A stretch of 64,000 nt of DNA, from IMG/VR virus record IMGVR_UViG_3300025671_008697, one strand, 5' to 3'. Under the pieces are notes generated by a model. It searched no databases. It was not told the origin of the DNA and saw only the letters and a program-made list of their open reading frames with translations. Source of the stretch: a virus. Taxonomy: Duplodnaviria > Caudoviricetes. Position numbers and translations under genes: made by a program. Below are positions 17,802 through 28,026 of this stretch, piece by piece (within the stretch, counting starts at the first letter, position 1; each line of letters opens with the position of its first letter).

Positions 17802-18681
17802 CAGTTATGTGTTCACTGACCCCGCAGTTCGAGAGCAAGTGCTAACTTGGATTAAGGAAGGCAGCGTTCCACATTTGTTGCTACATGGTCCAGCAGGCAC
17901 TGGCAAAACTACATTGGCCAAAGTATTAGTAAACCAACTTGAGATTGATGACTATGACTTTTTACAGGTTAACGCATCGCGTGACAATGGCGTGGATTTC
18001 CTTAAGACTAAGATTGAGGGTTTTGTCAGCACACTACCATTTGGTAGCCTTAAAATTGTACTTCTGGATGAGGCGGACTACTTATCGCCTAACGCACAAG
18101 GCCTGTTAAGAGGATTGATGGAAACTTATGCAGCACAGGCAAGATTTATTTTAACTTGTAACTTTGCCAACAAAGTTATCCCCCCACTAAAAAGTCGCTG
18201 TCATGAAATTCATGTACACAAAACTGATCAAGTTGAATTTACCGCAAGAGCAGCCACAGTGTTAGTTGAAGAAAATGTAGAGTTTGAATTAGACACACTG
18301 GACACGTATGTGCGTACCACATATCCAGACTTGCGTAAGTGTTTGAATTTGCTACAGGCAAACAGTACAACAGGTAAACTGGTGCAACCACGTGAAGGCG
18401 AAGGTGGCACAGATGATTGGAAACTTAGTGTTACAGAACTGTTCAAAGCACGTCGTATCAAAGAAGGACGCAAACTGTTGTGTGATCAAGCCAGACCAGA
18501 AGAAATGGAAGACGTGTTTCGTTGGATGTATGACAACTTAGATTTGTGGAGCCAGACAGACTCGGGACAAGACGAAGCAATTGTAATCATACGTCGAGGA
18601 TTAGTTAATCACAGTATGGTAGCAGACCCAGAAATTAATCTAAGTGCAACTATTGTAGAGTTAGCAGGTATCGCAGAATGA
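17758..18681 (+). CDS. Sliding-clamp loader subunit (T4 gp44/RFC-small-like AAA+)
   Basis: LWTEKYRP, GPAGTGKTT, VNASRDNG, DEAD, SRC motif. Confidence 0.92.
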   Translation: MKELWTEKYRPRTVDSYVFTDPAVREQVLTWIKEGSVPHLLLHGPAGTGKTTLAKVLVNQLEIDDYDFLQVNASRDNGVDFLKTKIEGFVSTLPFGSLKIVLLDEADYLSPNAQGLLRGLMETYAAQARFILTCNFANKVIPPLKSRCHEIHVHKTDQVEFTARAATVLVEENVEFELDTLDTYVRTTYPDLRKCLNLLQANSTTGKLVQPREGEGGTDDWKLSVTELFKARRIKEGRKLLCDQARPEEMEDVFRWMYDNLDLWSQTDSGQDEAIVIIRRGLVNHSMVADPEINLSATIVELAGIAE

Positions 18682-19025
18682 CAAATCGAGACATCCATTT
18701 AATTGCTTACTATCATCAAAAACCCAAGGATCCTAAACGTACCAAGGAACCCGGTTACATGACCAACGTGGAAAACATTGCCTACGATGAATCCATAAAT
18801 ATTACAAGAGGTATCAAAACAAGGGATCAACTGCAGGCCAGTGTTATTTTAAATTTGAACAAAGAAACTGTAGTTAAAAACAGTTTCAATAGTGGAGCAG
18901 ACTATGCCAGTTTACTAGCACACTATCAAGAAGGTTATCCTAAGTATATTAATCCTTTACTAGCAGAATTATACCCAGAGGTAAAAGACAATGGAAATGT
19001 ACCAACAGAAAAAGAAGAAGCGTGA
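18678..19025 (+). CDS. Hypothetical protein
   Basis: ORF track; coupled to the clamp loader. Confidence 0.65.
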   Translation: MTNRDIHLIAYYHQKPKDPKRTKEPGYMTNVENIAYDESINITRGIKTRDQLQASVILNLNKETVVKNSFNSGADYASLLAHYQEGYPKYINPLLAELYPEVKDNGNVPTEKEEA

Positions 19026-19224
19026 AGTAGACCCCAATGCTCCTCCACGCCCTACTCTGTTGGGACATGAAAAAGAAATGAAAGTATGGCGCAATCAGTT
19101 TGAAAAACTGGCCAGTACTAACACAGAACAGGCAATTACAATCGCCACCCTTGAAAGAAAACTAAATCGATTACAAAGTCAGGTTGACGCCATGACTAGT
19201 TTTATCAACAGAAAGATTAGATGA
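18991..19224 (+). CDS. Hypothetical coiled-coil protein
   Basis: KKREVDPNAPPRPTLLGHEK... Confidence 0.65.
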   Translation: MEMYQQKKKKREVDPNAPPRPTLLGHEKEMKVWRNQFEKLASTNTEQAITIATLERKLNRLQSQVDAMTSFINRKIR

Positions 19225-19811
19225 GAAAAAAAGTTATACTTACAGATTCGGATGGTGTACTAACTGATTGGGAATATGCTTTCGATATTTGGATGCAGGA
19301 GCATGGATTCCGGCGCCAAGAAGGCAGTGAATTTGAGTACAACATTGGCAAACGCTACGGCATTGACTACGAGCAAGGCAAAAAGTTAATAAAACTTTTT
19401 AACGAAAGTGCCAGTATAGGATTTCTACCCGCACTACGTGACAGTATGTTTTACGTTAAAAGACTACACGAAGAACACGGATACGTGTTTCACTGTATTA
19501 CCAGTCTAAGTCTAAATGAAAACGCACAAGAACTTAGGAAAATGAATCTAAAAAAACTGTTTGGGAAAACAGCGTTTGCTAAATTTATTATCTTAGATAC
19601 AGGTGCAGACAAAGACGAAGCACTAGAACAGTATCGCGACACTGGATGTTTTTGGATAGAAGATAAAATTACTAATGCAGAAGTTGGAGTTAAACTAGGG
19701 TTAAAAAGTCTGCTAGTAGAACACGGTCACAATATGCATCACAATAATCCTGCAATACCTAAAATGAAAAACTGGCGGCAAATCTACGAAAGAATTTTAA
19801 GTAGTAGTTAA
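19221..19811 (+). CDS. HAD-family 5'(3')-deoxyribonucleotidase-like protein
   Basis: ILTDSDGVLTDW, CITS, FWIEDK. Confidence 0.8.
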   Translation: MRKKVILTDSDGVLTDWEYAFDIWMQEHGFRRQEGSEFEYNIGKRYGIDYEQGKKLIKLFNESASIGFLPALRDSMFYVKRLHEEHGYVFHCITSLSLNENAQELRKMNLKKLFGKTAFAKFIILDTGADKDEALEQYRDTGCFWIEDKITNAEVGVKLGLKSLLVEHGHNMHHNNPAIPKMKNWRQIYERILSSS

Positions 19812-19838
19812 TAAGGGAGCCTGGCTCCCTTATTTTTT
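19810..19838. terminator. Bidirectional intrinsic terminator between convergent genes
   Basis: ATAAGGGAGC-CTG-GCTCCCTTAT followed by TTTTT. Confidence 0.8.
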
Positions 19839-20571
19839 ATATCTCCTGATAAATTTTTAAGACTTCAATAACCGCAGGGTGACGTTGAATATCTCGGCCT
19901 TCCAATTCAACACCAGCCACATATTGGCAATCTCTATAACTTTCTACAAGTGATTTGAAGTCTAATAGACCATTGTCAGGGTCACGCCTATCTGCTTGGC
20001 GTGTGTCTCCAGTAACTATCATCTTACTGGCTTCACCTAAACGTGTCAGCAACATTTTCATTTGATTGGGAGTTGCATTCTGCATTTCGTCTGCAATGAT
20101 CCAAGCATTCTTAAATGTGCGTCCACGCATAAATGCTAGTGGAGATATCTCAATGATTTGTTCATCTAGCATTCTGGTAACTTCTCTTTTGTCGTAGTAT
20201 TCCATAAGAACATCAAACAACGGTCTGGTCCAAGGCTCCATTTTTTGATTTAGGTCACCTGGTAAAAACCCATGGCGTTCATCGTCTACTCCCACTGCTG
20301 GTCTGGTCAGCACTATCTTTGTTACCCTCCCGTCTTTTAGTGCCTGTATACCCGCAAGCATGGCCAACATAGTTTTACCCGTACCAGCAGGACCTGTGGC
20401 AAACACAATTAGTTTGCTGGGATCTGTTAGTAGGTTTACGTATGTTTCTTGATTGAGGGTTTTTGGAAGTAAATCGACTCTGCGTCGCTTGTTGTAGTAT
20501 GTGTTTAATTGTATAATGTTATCTGTATCACGGACTTGCTCCTGATACATTCTTTGCTTACGTTTTGACAA
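19837..20571 (-). CDS. phoH: PhoH-family ATPase
   Basis: GPAGTGKT, RPAV, GFLPGDL, LAFMRGRTF, DEMQN, GDTRQAD; AGGAGG SD. Confidence 0.93.
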   Translation of the reverse strand: MSKRKQRMYQEQVRDTDNIIQLNTYYNKRRRVDLLPKTLNQETYVNLLTDPSKLIVFATGPAGTGKTMLAMLAGIQALKDGRVTKIVLTRPAVGVDDERHGFLPGDLNQKMEPWTRPLFDVLMEYYDKREVTRMLDEQIIEISPLAFMRGRTFKNAWIIADEMQNATPNQMKMLLTRLGEASKMIVTGDTRQADRRDPDNGLLDFKSLVESYRDCQYVAGVELEGRDIQRHPAVIEVLKIYQEI

Positions 20572-20709
20572 TGTGTCCTCCTGATCGTAAACGTAGTTTT
20601 CGGTGTTAGCAGACCGGCTAACACCCTGTCTACTAGAATATTTAAATCTGGTTTACAGGAGGAATATTACACTATAATTCTAAAACTTAAGGCATAAGTA
20701 TTTGGCTGT

Positions 20710-21444
20710 TTAACGCTTAGTGTAAACAAAATATAGTCTACTGTTAGCATCTTTCTTAAAAGTATCTAGTGTGAGATTGTACTTTTCGGCAAACTCATTC
20801 ACCGTTTCAAAATCCCAAAGAAAGATATCTACATAAGGTCCTGTTTTATGGGGAATCCCTGGATTAGCACGTAAGAAAAACTTACCCCCAGATTTCAACA
20901 AATTTACACAGTGACTGAAACGCTGTTCAATTTCATCTTTTGAATTAAAGTTAATGGAGCCCAATGCTATTATAACATCAAAACTTTCTGGTGCTACACG
21001 ATATTCTAAGATATCTACTTCGTAGTCTGCACAATTATTATAGGGGTCTATACCTACCAAATTGTTGATTCGTCCTTTAAAAGGATGGTATCCACAACCT
21101 ACGTCCAACACTTTACTGGGATTGAGTTTGTTAACTTCATCTGCTAATTGCCAACCGGTATATTCAAATTCGTTAGTTCTAGGTTTCCATATTTCACTAA
21201 AAAATCTTAGCGTATAACGTTCACTTAAGTCTGCAACAATATTTTTTACAGTACCATAATAGTCGCTGTCCAAACTGAGTTCAGATTCCATAGCATTTTT
21301 AAATTTACGATAACGGGCAGGAGTCCACGGCAGTTTGTCGACTTCAGTTTCCCCTCCGATAGCGTCATAAATTTTTTGATACTTGGGTAAATTAAACGCA
21401 CTCTTTAAATTTTTTTCTAAAAGAGCAAAAATTTTCGTATTCAT
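20710..21444 (-). CDS. Class I SAM-dependent methyltransferase-like protein
   Basis: KVLDVGCG, FDVIIALGSINF, LLKSGGKFF. Confidence 0.75.
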   Translation of the reverse strand: MNTKIFALLEKNLKSAFNLPKYQKIYDAIGGETEVDKLPWTPARYRKFKNAMESELSLDSDYYGTVKNIVADLSERYTLRFFSEIWKPRTNEFEYTGWQLADEVNKLNPSKVLDVGCGYHPFKGRINNLVGIDPYNNCADYEVDILEYRVAPESFDVIIALGSINFNSKDEIEQRFSHCVNLLKSGGKFFLRANPGIPHKTGPYVDIFLWDFETVNEFAEKYNLTLDTFKKDANSRLYFVYTKR

Positions 21445-21527
21445 ATAAAATTTTTTACTTTCGACTAAATAAATTTGTCAATCAATAATTTTTTGACTAA
21501 GTAACTTTAATTATCAATAAATTCTGT

Positions 21528-22169
21528 ATGAAATATATTTTTGTGGCAGGTGCACCAGGATCAAAATGGAGTAGTGTAGTTAAAAACATCTACTATAGTG
21601 CCAGCATTGACCGCACAGATTATACTGAGGCTCGTACATACCATCACGATGCTTCAGGGACTATGCAGTTAATGCACTTGGGTGCTTATTTTGATCCAGG
21701 CATGGAATTTGGTGATTTTTTCGATAAAATGGACCAGTACAGTCGAGAGGACTTAGAACTAGAGTTTGACCGTCCTTTCTCGGGCAAGGGTGTACGTATT
21801 ATTAAAAGTCATGTTTTTGCACATCATATCGATTTTATTCAACGTACTTGGCCCGACTGTCCCATTGTACTTGTACACAGGCCCAACGACAGTTGTTTAG
21901 GCTGGTGGACGATGTGTGGAGAATTTGCAATTACCTATCCAGACTATAGCAGTTATTACAAAAACCTAAAACACATGACAACACAAATACGTGCTCAAAA
22001 TCAGGATATTATTAAAGCAATGGAAGACCGGCCGGGATTTTTTTCTTACGATAATAGAACTGCTTGTTTAAACTTGCACATCGAGCAGCCTCCAGAAGAA
22101 TACAGACAGGATTATTCTCAAGACGATATTAAAGTTAAAATTCTATCTTTTACAAAGGAAATAAAATGA
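21528..22169 (+). CDS. Sulfotransferase-like / P-loop-related protein
   Basis: IFVAGAPGSKWS resembles the 5'-PSB GxPRSGT motif; IIKSH; IVLVHRP. Confidence 0.45.
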   Translation: MKYIFVAGAPGSKWSSVVKNIYYSASIDRTDYTEARTYHHDASGTMQLMHLGAYFDPGMEFGDFFDKMDQYSREDLELEFDRPFSGKGVRIIKSHVFAHHIDFIQRTWPDCPIVLVHRPNDSCLGWWTMCGEFAITYPDYSSYYKNLKHMTTQIRAQNQDIIKAMEDRPGFFSYDNRTACLNLHIEQPPEEYRQDYSQDDIKVKILSFTKEIK

Positions 22170-23221
22170 AGCGACTACTAGCAATGTTAGCATTGGTGAT
22201 TGGCACACAAGCCCATGCAGACTATACTTTAATTGTGCCACAAGGTCCCGGATTGGGTACTGCTGTTTGGGCTGGCATTATAGCACAGAATCTCAGCAAA
22301 TACACAGACGAACCTGTTGTTGTAAGACATATTCCCGGAGCACGTGATATTCCTGGATACAATGAATTTCACAACAAACTAAGATTCGACGACAAAACTA
22401 TTATGGTGGCCCACGGCGGCAACGGTGTTAGTTTTTTGTTGGATCGGGTAGACTACGATTACAGACAGTACGATGCCATTGGCATGATGAACTTGGATAT
22501 TGTGGTAGGAAAACGTGTGGGCACAGATCCCAAAAAGGACACATTTAAAGTAGCAGGCGGTTCTGGACTAGAACCCGACGGTATGGCCATGGCCATGATG
22601 GTTTGTGGACCACAAAAAGATGGTAGTATTTCTGCTTATCTTGACTGCTGGAAAAAACGTGTAGTATGGGTCAACGGTGTTAAAGGTGCAGAAAAGCGTT
22701 TGGGATTTTTACGTGGCGAACTAAACATTACTCGTGAAAGTCCTCCTGCTTGGATTAAGTTCTGGACTGACAAGGCTAAAAATAACGAAGTATGGTTTAC
22801 ACATGGCACTTACGACTTAGCCAATAAACGTCAAGTTGCTGACGCAAACTTTCCAAATACACAGTTCGAAGATGTATATCAGAAATTATGGGGTCAAGCA
22901 CCTAGTGGTGAATTGTATGAAGCATATCGTCTGACTCGTAACTGGCGTGATGTTATTCAAAAATCACTATGGGTTAATAAGGGTAATCCCAATACAGAAA
23001 AACTTCGTGCGGCACTACGTAAGATGTTAGCAGATCCCGAAGCAGTTCGTGCCATTGAACAACGTACAGGACGTTATGGTTGGATTGTGGGTGACGATGG
23101 TAATGCAGTTATTGGTGAACTCAGCAAGTTAATCACAGAGCCAGCACTTAAAGGTGCAGTACGTTGGAATCAAGAAGCCTACGGTTTCCCCAGTGTTTAC
23201 AAACCTGAATTAGTCAAGTGA
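22166..23221 (+). CDS. tctC: TctC/Bug-like periplasmic binding protein (divergent)
   Basis: Signal peptide; LIVPQGPGLG, VVVRHIPGA; directly upstream of tctA. Confidence 0.7.
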   Translation: MKRLLAMLALVIGTQAHADYTLIVPQGPGLGTAVWAGIIAQNLSKYTDEPVVVRHIPGARDIPGYNEFHNKLRFDDKTIMVAHGGNGVSFLLDRVDYDYRQYDAIGMMNLDIVVGKRVGTDPKKDTFKVAGGSGLEPDGMAMAMMVCGPQKDGSISAYLDCWKKRVVWVNGVKGAEKRLGFLRGELNITRESPPAWIKFWTDKAKNNEVWFTHGTYDLANKRQVADANFPNTQFEDVYQKLWGQAPSGELYEAYRLTRNWRDVIQKSLWVNKGNPNTEKLRAALRKMLADPEAVRAIEQRTGRYGWIVGDDGNAVIGELSKLITEPALKGAVRWNQEAYGFPSVYKPELVK

Positions 23222-24660
23222 TCGCTTACTTACTTTGGATTTTAGCAGGCAGTTTATACGGTCTGCTGATAGGAGTGATACCAATTGCAGGAGTAACTAC
23301 TGCGTTAATCACTGTGTTTGGTTTCGCTCCTTATTTCCTTAGTGACCCTTATGCTGGTATCGTGTTTCTTACCAGCATTATTGCTGCCTGCGCGGCTGCG
23401 GACAGTTATACCAGCATACTGACAGGCATACCCGGGGCGTCAACCACTGCAGCCTGTGTTATAGATGGATACCCTATGACACAACAGGGCCAAGCAGGTC
23501 GTGCAATGGGCATTGCTATCTTCGACAGTACTGTCAACGGTGTGTTATACGGCACACTGGCATTTTTGTTGCTGCCATACTACGGACAAATTATTCTATG
23601 GTTTGGCATGCCTGAGTTTGCAGGCTTTATGTTAATGAGTCTTGCCTGTGTAGGATTTGTTGCCAGCAAAAATCCCTTTAAAAGTTTAATTGCAATTGCA
23701 CTTGGATTATTCGTTGGTGTTATAGGACAGGATCCTGCCACAGGTGCTTACCGTTTTACTTTTGGCTGGGAGTACTTAGGTGCAGGTGTACAAATGATTG
23801 CACTGATATCTGGCTTGTTTGGCATTCCAGAACTACTATGGGGGTTGAAAAATAGACATAAGCGTCCTCCAGTATTTGACCAGTACTGGCATCAATTACG
23901 TCAAGGTGTGCGTGACTGTATAGAATATAGACGTGACATGATGCGTGGTGGTGTAATAGGATTTGTCACAGGCTTACTGCCAGGTGTAGGTGGTGCAATA
24001 GGAGACTTTTTAGCCTATGGTTCCACAGTGGCGCGGCATCCAGATAAAAAGTTTGGTGAAGGCAATCCATTAGGCTTATTAGGATGCGAAGGTGCTAACA
24101 GTGCTCAAAAAGTGTCAAGTATGTTGCCCACAGTGTTGTTTGGGATACCAGCCGCGCCTTTTGCTGCTATCATGATGGCACTGTGTATCTACTTTGGCAT
24201 TGAACTGGGTACACCCATGTTAATTTACGACACAGACTTTGTACTAAGCCTTGCTGCAGGATTTGTGGGCGGCAGTATTGTAGTAGGCATAGTCAGCGTA
24301 GTGTTCATGCGTTACATTGTAAAAATATTGGAAATACCCTATTGGATATATGCTACTATTATTTTAGCAGTTATTGTGTGGGCAAACTTTCAATACACAC
24401 AGGGTTGGCAGGACATGGCCATGCTGACATTATGTGGTACGTTAGGTATTGCGTGTAAATATTATGATATCAGCAGACCGGCATTGTTAGTAACTTATGT
24501 GGTAGCCGAACGTTTAGAAGGTTACATCTTACAGACCAATCAACTGTACACATGGGACCAATTGGTCACACGACCTTTGTTTGTGTTGACTGTGGCAGTG
24601 GCTGCATGGATTGTGTATAGAAGCATAAGAAATAAAAACCGAGGATTAAATTATGTCTAA
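23218..24660 (+). CDS. tctA: Tripartite tricarboxylate transporter large TM subunit TctA
   Basis: GLLIGVIP, ILTGIPG, IDGYPMTQQGQAGRA, GLLPGVG, EGANSA, LFGIP; many TM helices. Confidence 0.88.
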   Translation: MIAYLLWILAGSLYGLLIGVIPIAGVTTALITVFGFAPYFLSDPYAGIVFLTSIIAACAAADSYTSILTGIPGASTTAACVIDGYPMTQQGQAGRAMGIAIFDSTVNGVLYGTLAFLLLPYYGQIILWFGMPEFAGFMLMSLACVGFVASKNPFKSLIAIALGLFVGVIGQDPATGAYRFTFGWEYLGAGVQMIALISGLFGIPELLWGLKNRHKRPPVFDQYWHQLRQGVRDCIEYRRDMMRGGVIGFVTGLLPGVGGAIGDFLAYGSTVARHPDKKFGEGNPLGLLGCEGANSAQKVSSMLPTVLFGIPAAPFAAIMMALCIYFGIELGTPMLIYDTDFVLSLAAGFVGGSIVVGIVSVVFMRYIVKILEIPYWIYATIILAVIVWANFQYTQGWQDMAMLTLCGTLGIACKYYDISRPALLVTYVVAERLEGYILQTNQLYTWDQLVTRPLFVLTVAVAAWIVYRSIRNKNRGLNYV

Positions 24661-25336
24661 GAGTAATTGGGAAATTACTAAGCAAAGAAGTCAGTATCAT
24701 TTTAACACTATGATCAATGATCCAAAATACGATACTGTAGTTAAACTTGGAAGAATCAAACCCACATGGACTGCAGAGTTGGAGCAGGCTATTGCAGATG
24801 CATACCCAGTTACTTGGCGTACTCGTGGCAGACCCAACGACACACTGGTCAGAGCAAGTGAAGAATACGATCAAGAAGAGTACGACTTAGAATCGTACGG
24901 CATGAGCAAAGACTATGTTGTAACAGACATGAACTATTCTGTAAGTGCTATATATCAACGTATAGCAGACCAGTTTGCTTTAGACTTACCAATGACGAGA
25001 GTGCATGTACAACGCCCCGGACAAGTTTGGAACTTGCACTTGGACAAGTTAGAAAAGTGGATGCCTGAAGATCCCGCACAAGTTGTTAGATACTTTGTAC
25101 AGTTGACTGATTGGCAAATGGGCCATTTTTGGAACTACGGAAACTATCAGTACGCAGGATGGCGTGCGGGTGATGTTACCACATTTGATTGGTTAAACGT
25201 GCCTCACAGCACTGCCAATGCCGGGCATACGCCCAGAGTTACACTACAAGTTACCGGAGTAAAAACCAAAGAGACTGATTTTTTTCTCGCTAAATTACAG
25301 TATAATCATCAAGTTGAAATCAATGAACAAAGTTGA
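24653..25336 (+). CDS. Cupin/Fe(II)-2OG dioxygenase-like protein
   Basis: HVQRPGQVWNLHLD (HxD) and distal PHSTAN His. Confidence 0.65.
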   Translation: MSKSNWEITKQRSQYHFNTMINDPKYDTVVKLGRIKPTWTAELEQAIADAYPVTWRTRGRPNDTLVRASEEYDQEEYDLESYGMSKDYVVTDMNYSVSAIYQRIADQFALDLPMTRVHVQRPGQVWNLHLDKLEKWMPEDPAQVVRYFVQLTDWQMGHFWNYGNYQYAGWRAGDVTTFDWLNVPHSTANAGHTPRVTLQVTGVKTKETDFFLAKLQYNHQVEINEQS

Positions 25337-25940
25337 ACCGGGGCACAAATATTTTGATTGGGGTTATTCAGATTCTGAACTTTATGCACTGTATTCTCCT
25401 ATATTAGATAAAATTATGTTTTTGTGCAATGATTTAGAACATACTATTTCATTGGGTTTACTTATTTCTTCTAAGATGCATTTATTTCCTATTAGAATAG
25501 ATCAATCACACAACTATTCAAAAGAATTAATTGACAATTCTTGTTGTTACTACAGAACATTCTCTGACTTAAAAAATATCAAAAAAATAAACTATCCTTA
25601 CTTTAGAATTTTTGCAAGAGATATTGTAAGTTACAAAAATAAAATTACCGAATCTAAAGAAAAAATAGATGAATCTGTTACCACTATAAGAAATTTTTTA
25701 TTTTTAAGCAATTGGACCCTTCACCAATTTGGCAATGTAGATTTATGCTTAAAATATTCTCAAGAACTTTTGCCAATTTTACCTAATGGAATATTTGAGA
25801 CATATTACAATCAAAAAAAGAAATGCCTGGAACAGATTTATCTCGGTGAAAACTTCGAAGTAGCAAGTGATTTTATAGAAACTCATATTAAAAATAATAT
25901 AATACAATATGGCCCGAATAATATATTTTCCTTGGAATAA
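25323..25940 (+). CDS. AT-rich hypothetical protein
   Basis: ORF 25314-25940; visibly AT-rich. Confidence 0.55.
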   Translation: MNKVEPGHKYFDWGYSDSELYALYSPILDKIMFLCNDLEHTISLGLLISSKMHLFPIRIDQSHNYSKELIDNSCCYYRTFSDLKNIKKINYPYFRIFARDIVSYKNKITESKEKIDESVTTIRNFLFLSNWTLHQFGNVDLCLKYSQELLPILPNGIFETYYNQKKKCLEQIYLGENFEVASDFIETHIKNNIIQYGPNNIFSLE

Positions 25941-27033
25941 TTTTAGATTTACTAGTAGTAGTACCAAGTCTAGATATCAAAATTATTTTAATTTTGACTT
26001 CGGGTTATGGGGTATTCCGGACGGTGTAAGCAAAGCAAGGTATGGAAAAGATTCATCTGAACTTTTAATCCATACCGCTTCAATAATTTCAGATGGACCG
26101 TTATTGGGAGAAGAAACAGAAAACTTTGAAACAGTTACTGATAAGAGAAGTGTCGATATTTTAGAAACAGTAAACAAAAAAAATAAAAAATTAGCAATTT
26201 TTTGGAGTGGAGGAATAGACAGTTCTGTTATGATTTCTTCAATTTTAAAAAATTGGTCTACTCATGATCAAAAAAACGTAGTTGTTTTTCTAAATGACTA
26301 CAGTCTTGTAGAAAACCCTATATTCTTCCATAAAGTTATTAAGAAAAAGTTGAAGTATCAACTTTTTAATAATTTAAAGTCTTTTCCTAAGTTAAACAAT
26401 TATATTGTAACAGACGGAGAACTAGCAGACAAGCTTTGGATTCCGCAAATGGCTATAAACTATTCGTATATCTATGGAGATAATTCTGCCCAGAATCTGT
26501 GGAGCAACGAAAAAGATAATTTTATCGATTTTCTAACGACTAATTACTTGAAAGATTCTGCAACAAAAATTATAGAAAGAATAGAATATAATATCCAATC
26601 TTTAAATTTTGAAAAATTATCTTTAAAAGACATTTTAGGTTGGATAAACTTTAATTTTTTCTGGCAGCAAATTTATTTGTCTAGATATCAGTTATTGACT
26701 GATCCTTCACCCGAATCTTTTAAAGAATATAAAGAAAATTACATTCCATGGTACTGTAGCAATGATTATCAGAAATGGGCTTGGGCACCATCAACTAGAG
26801 CAATGATTAATCAAAGCGGCTTAAAAAAATACAAGGACACTGCTAAAAAATACATACATGGTATTGTTAAAGATAAAATATTCGAATACAAAACTAAAGT
26901 CCCATCAAAATTAAGTTCTACCAATTTTTATTCCGAAAATATAATTTTTGAAGATGGCTCAGTAATTAAAACAAACAGTGATAATTACGAAGAATTATTT
27001 TATCAGCACTTATTAGAAAGAAAAAATGCATAA
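25909..27033 (+). CDS. Adenine nucleotide alpha-hydrolase (asparagine synthase-like PP-loop) protein
   Basis: FWSGGIDSS PP-loop, VTDGELADKL; AT-rich. Confidence 0.6.
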   Translation: MARIIYFPWNNFRFTSSSTKSRYQNYFNFDFGLWGIPDGVSKARYGKDSSELLIHTASIISDGPLLGEETENFETVTDKRSVDILETVNKKNKKLAIFWSGGIDSSVMISSILKNWSTHDQKNVVVFLNDYSLVENPIFFHKVIKKKLKYQLFNNLKSFPKLNNYIVTDGELADKLWIPQMAINYSYIYGDNSAQNLWSNEKDNFIDFLTTNYLKDSATKIIERIEYNIQSLNFEKLSLKDILGWINFNFFWQQIYLSRYQLLTDPSPESFKEYKENYIPWYCSNDYQKWAWAPSTRAMINQSGLKKYKDTAKKYIHGIVKDKIFEYKTKVPSKLSSTNFYSENIIFEDGSVIKTNSDNYEELFYQHLLERKNA

Positions 27034-27466
27034 ACCAATTAAAATATTAATCATGGGTTTGCCTGGAAGCGGCAAGACTACCTTAGCAAAGCCTTTTGCA
27101 GAATTATTAGGCGCAGTACATTTAAATGCGGATGCTATCAGAACAGAATATGATGACTGGGATTTTTCGCCCGAAGGTAGAATTAGGCAGGCCATGCGTA
27201 TGCGTTATCTGGCGGATGGAGTAGTGAAAGCAGGTAAGATAGCAGTAGCAGATTTTGTATGCCCTACAGAAAAATCTAGACTGGAATTTGGCCCCGACTT
27301 TACTGTGTGGATGGATACTATTAAAGAAGGAAGATTTGAAGACACAAATCGCATGTTTGAGCCTCCAGCAAATTATAATTATCATGTTGCTGAATGGTTT
27401 GATGATACGGATGAACAACTCGTACAAGTTATATCAGAATATATGAAGAGAAACAATAATGTTTGA
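27026..27466 (+). CDS. cysC: Adenylylsulfate kinase-like P-loop kinase (short)
   Basis: MGLPGSGKTT, LNADAIR, DFSPEGRIRQ, DFVCP, FEPP. Confidence 0.72.
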   Translation: MHKPIKILIMGLPGSGKTTLAKPFAELLGAVHLNADAIRTEYDDWDFSPEGRIRQAMRMRYLADGVVKAGKIAVADFVCPTEKSRLEFGPDFTVWMDTIKEGRFEDTNRMFEPPANYNYHVAEWFDDTDEQLVQVISEYMKRNNNV

Positions 27467-27869
27467 TTGGAAAAAACCAACTACACAGATGTTAGGTAGG
27501 TGGCAACCGTGGCATGATGGCCACACTGCCCTATTTAAAAAAGCACTAATGGAAACAGGCCAAGTCTGTATTATGATTCGGGACGTTGGTGGTATAGTAG
27601 GCGAAGATGCAGGCGGCGGACGTACAGTTGCACAAGACGATAATCCATTTGATTTTGAAACTGTTAAAAATAATATTATTGAAGGTTTAGGAAAAGAAGG
27701 ATTTGTTTACAACAAAGATTATATTATTATGCTTGTTCCTAATATTGTTGATATTAGTTATGGTCGTGGGGTTGGATACACGTTCACCCAACATGATTTG
27801 GGTGAGGAAATTCACGCAATTAGTGCAACACAGATTAGAAAAAAATTAAGAGAAGGAGGCAAAATCTAA
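27459..27869 (+). CDS. HIGH-motif nucleotidyltransferase (cytidylyltransferase-like)
   Basis: GRWQPWHDGH and ISATQIR. Confidence 0.75.
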   Translation: MFDWKKPTTQMLGRWQPWHDGHTALFKKALMETGQVCIMIRDVGGIVGEDAGGGRTVAQDDNPFDFETVKNNIIEGLGKEGFVYNKDYIIMLVPNIVDISYGRGVGYTFTQHDLGEEIHAISATQIRKKLREGGKI

Positions 27870-28026
27870 TGTTACTTCCTGACTTATGTGTCAACAGTAA
27901 AAAATTTTTTAACTCTGATTACTGCGGCATAGATTCTTATAAGGAATGTCAGGATAAAGAGCACTTTAAGAACTTTCTGTACATTGTAAATTGCAACATA
28001 ATTATCAGGTGGAAATAAAGTAAGTC

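Noticed and set aside
17758-18681. Inteins or introns in the clamp loader, ClpA or the polymerase fragment
   Set aside because: Lengths and motif spacing are normal; no C/S...HN splice signatures or homing-endonuclease motifs.
20652-20678. TTTACA...TATAAT as a sigma70 promoter
   Set aside because: Spacer is only 15 nt and it points into the antisense of the methyltransferase gene end.
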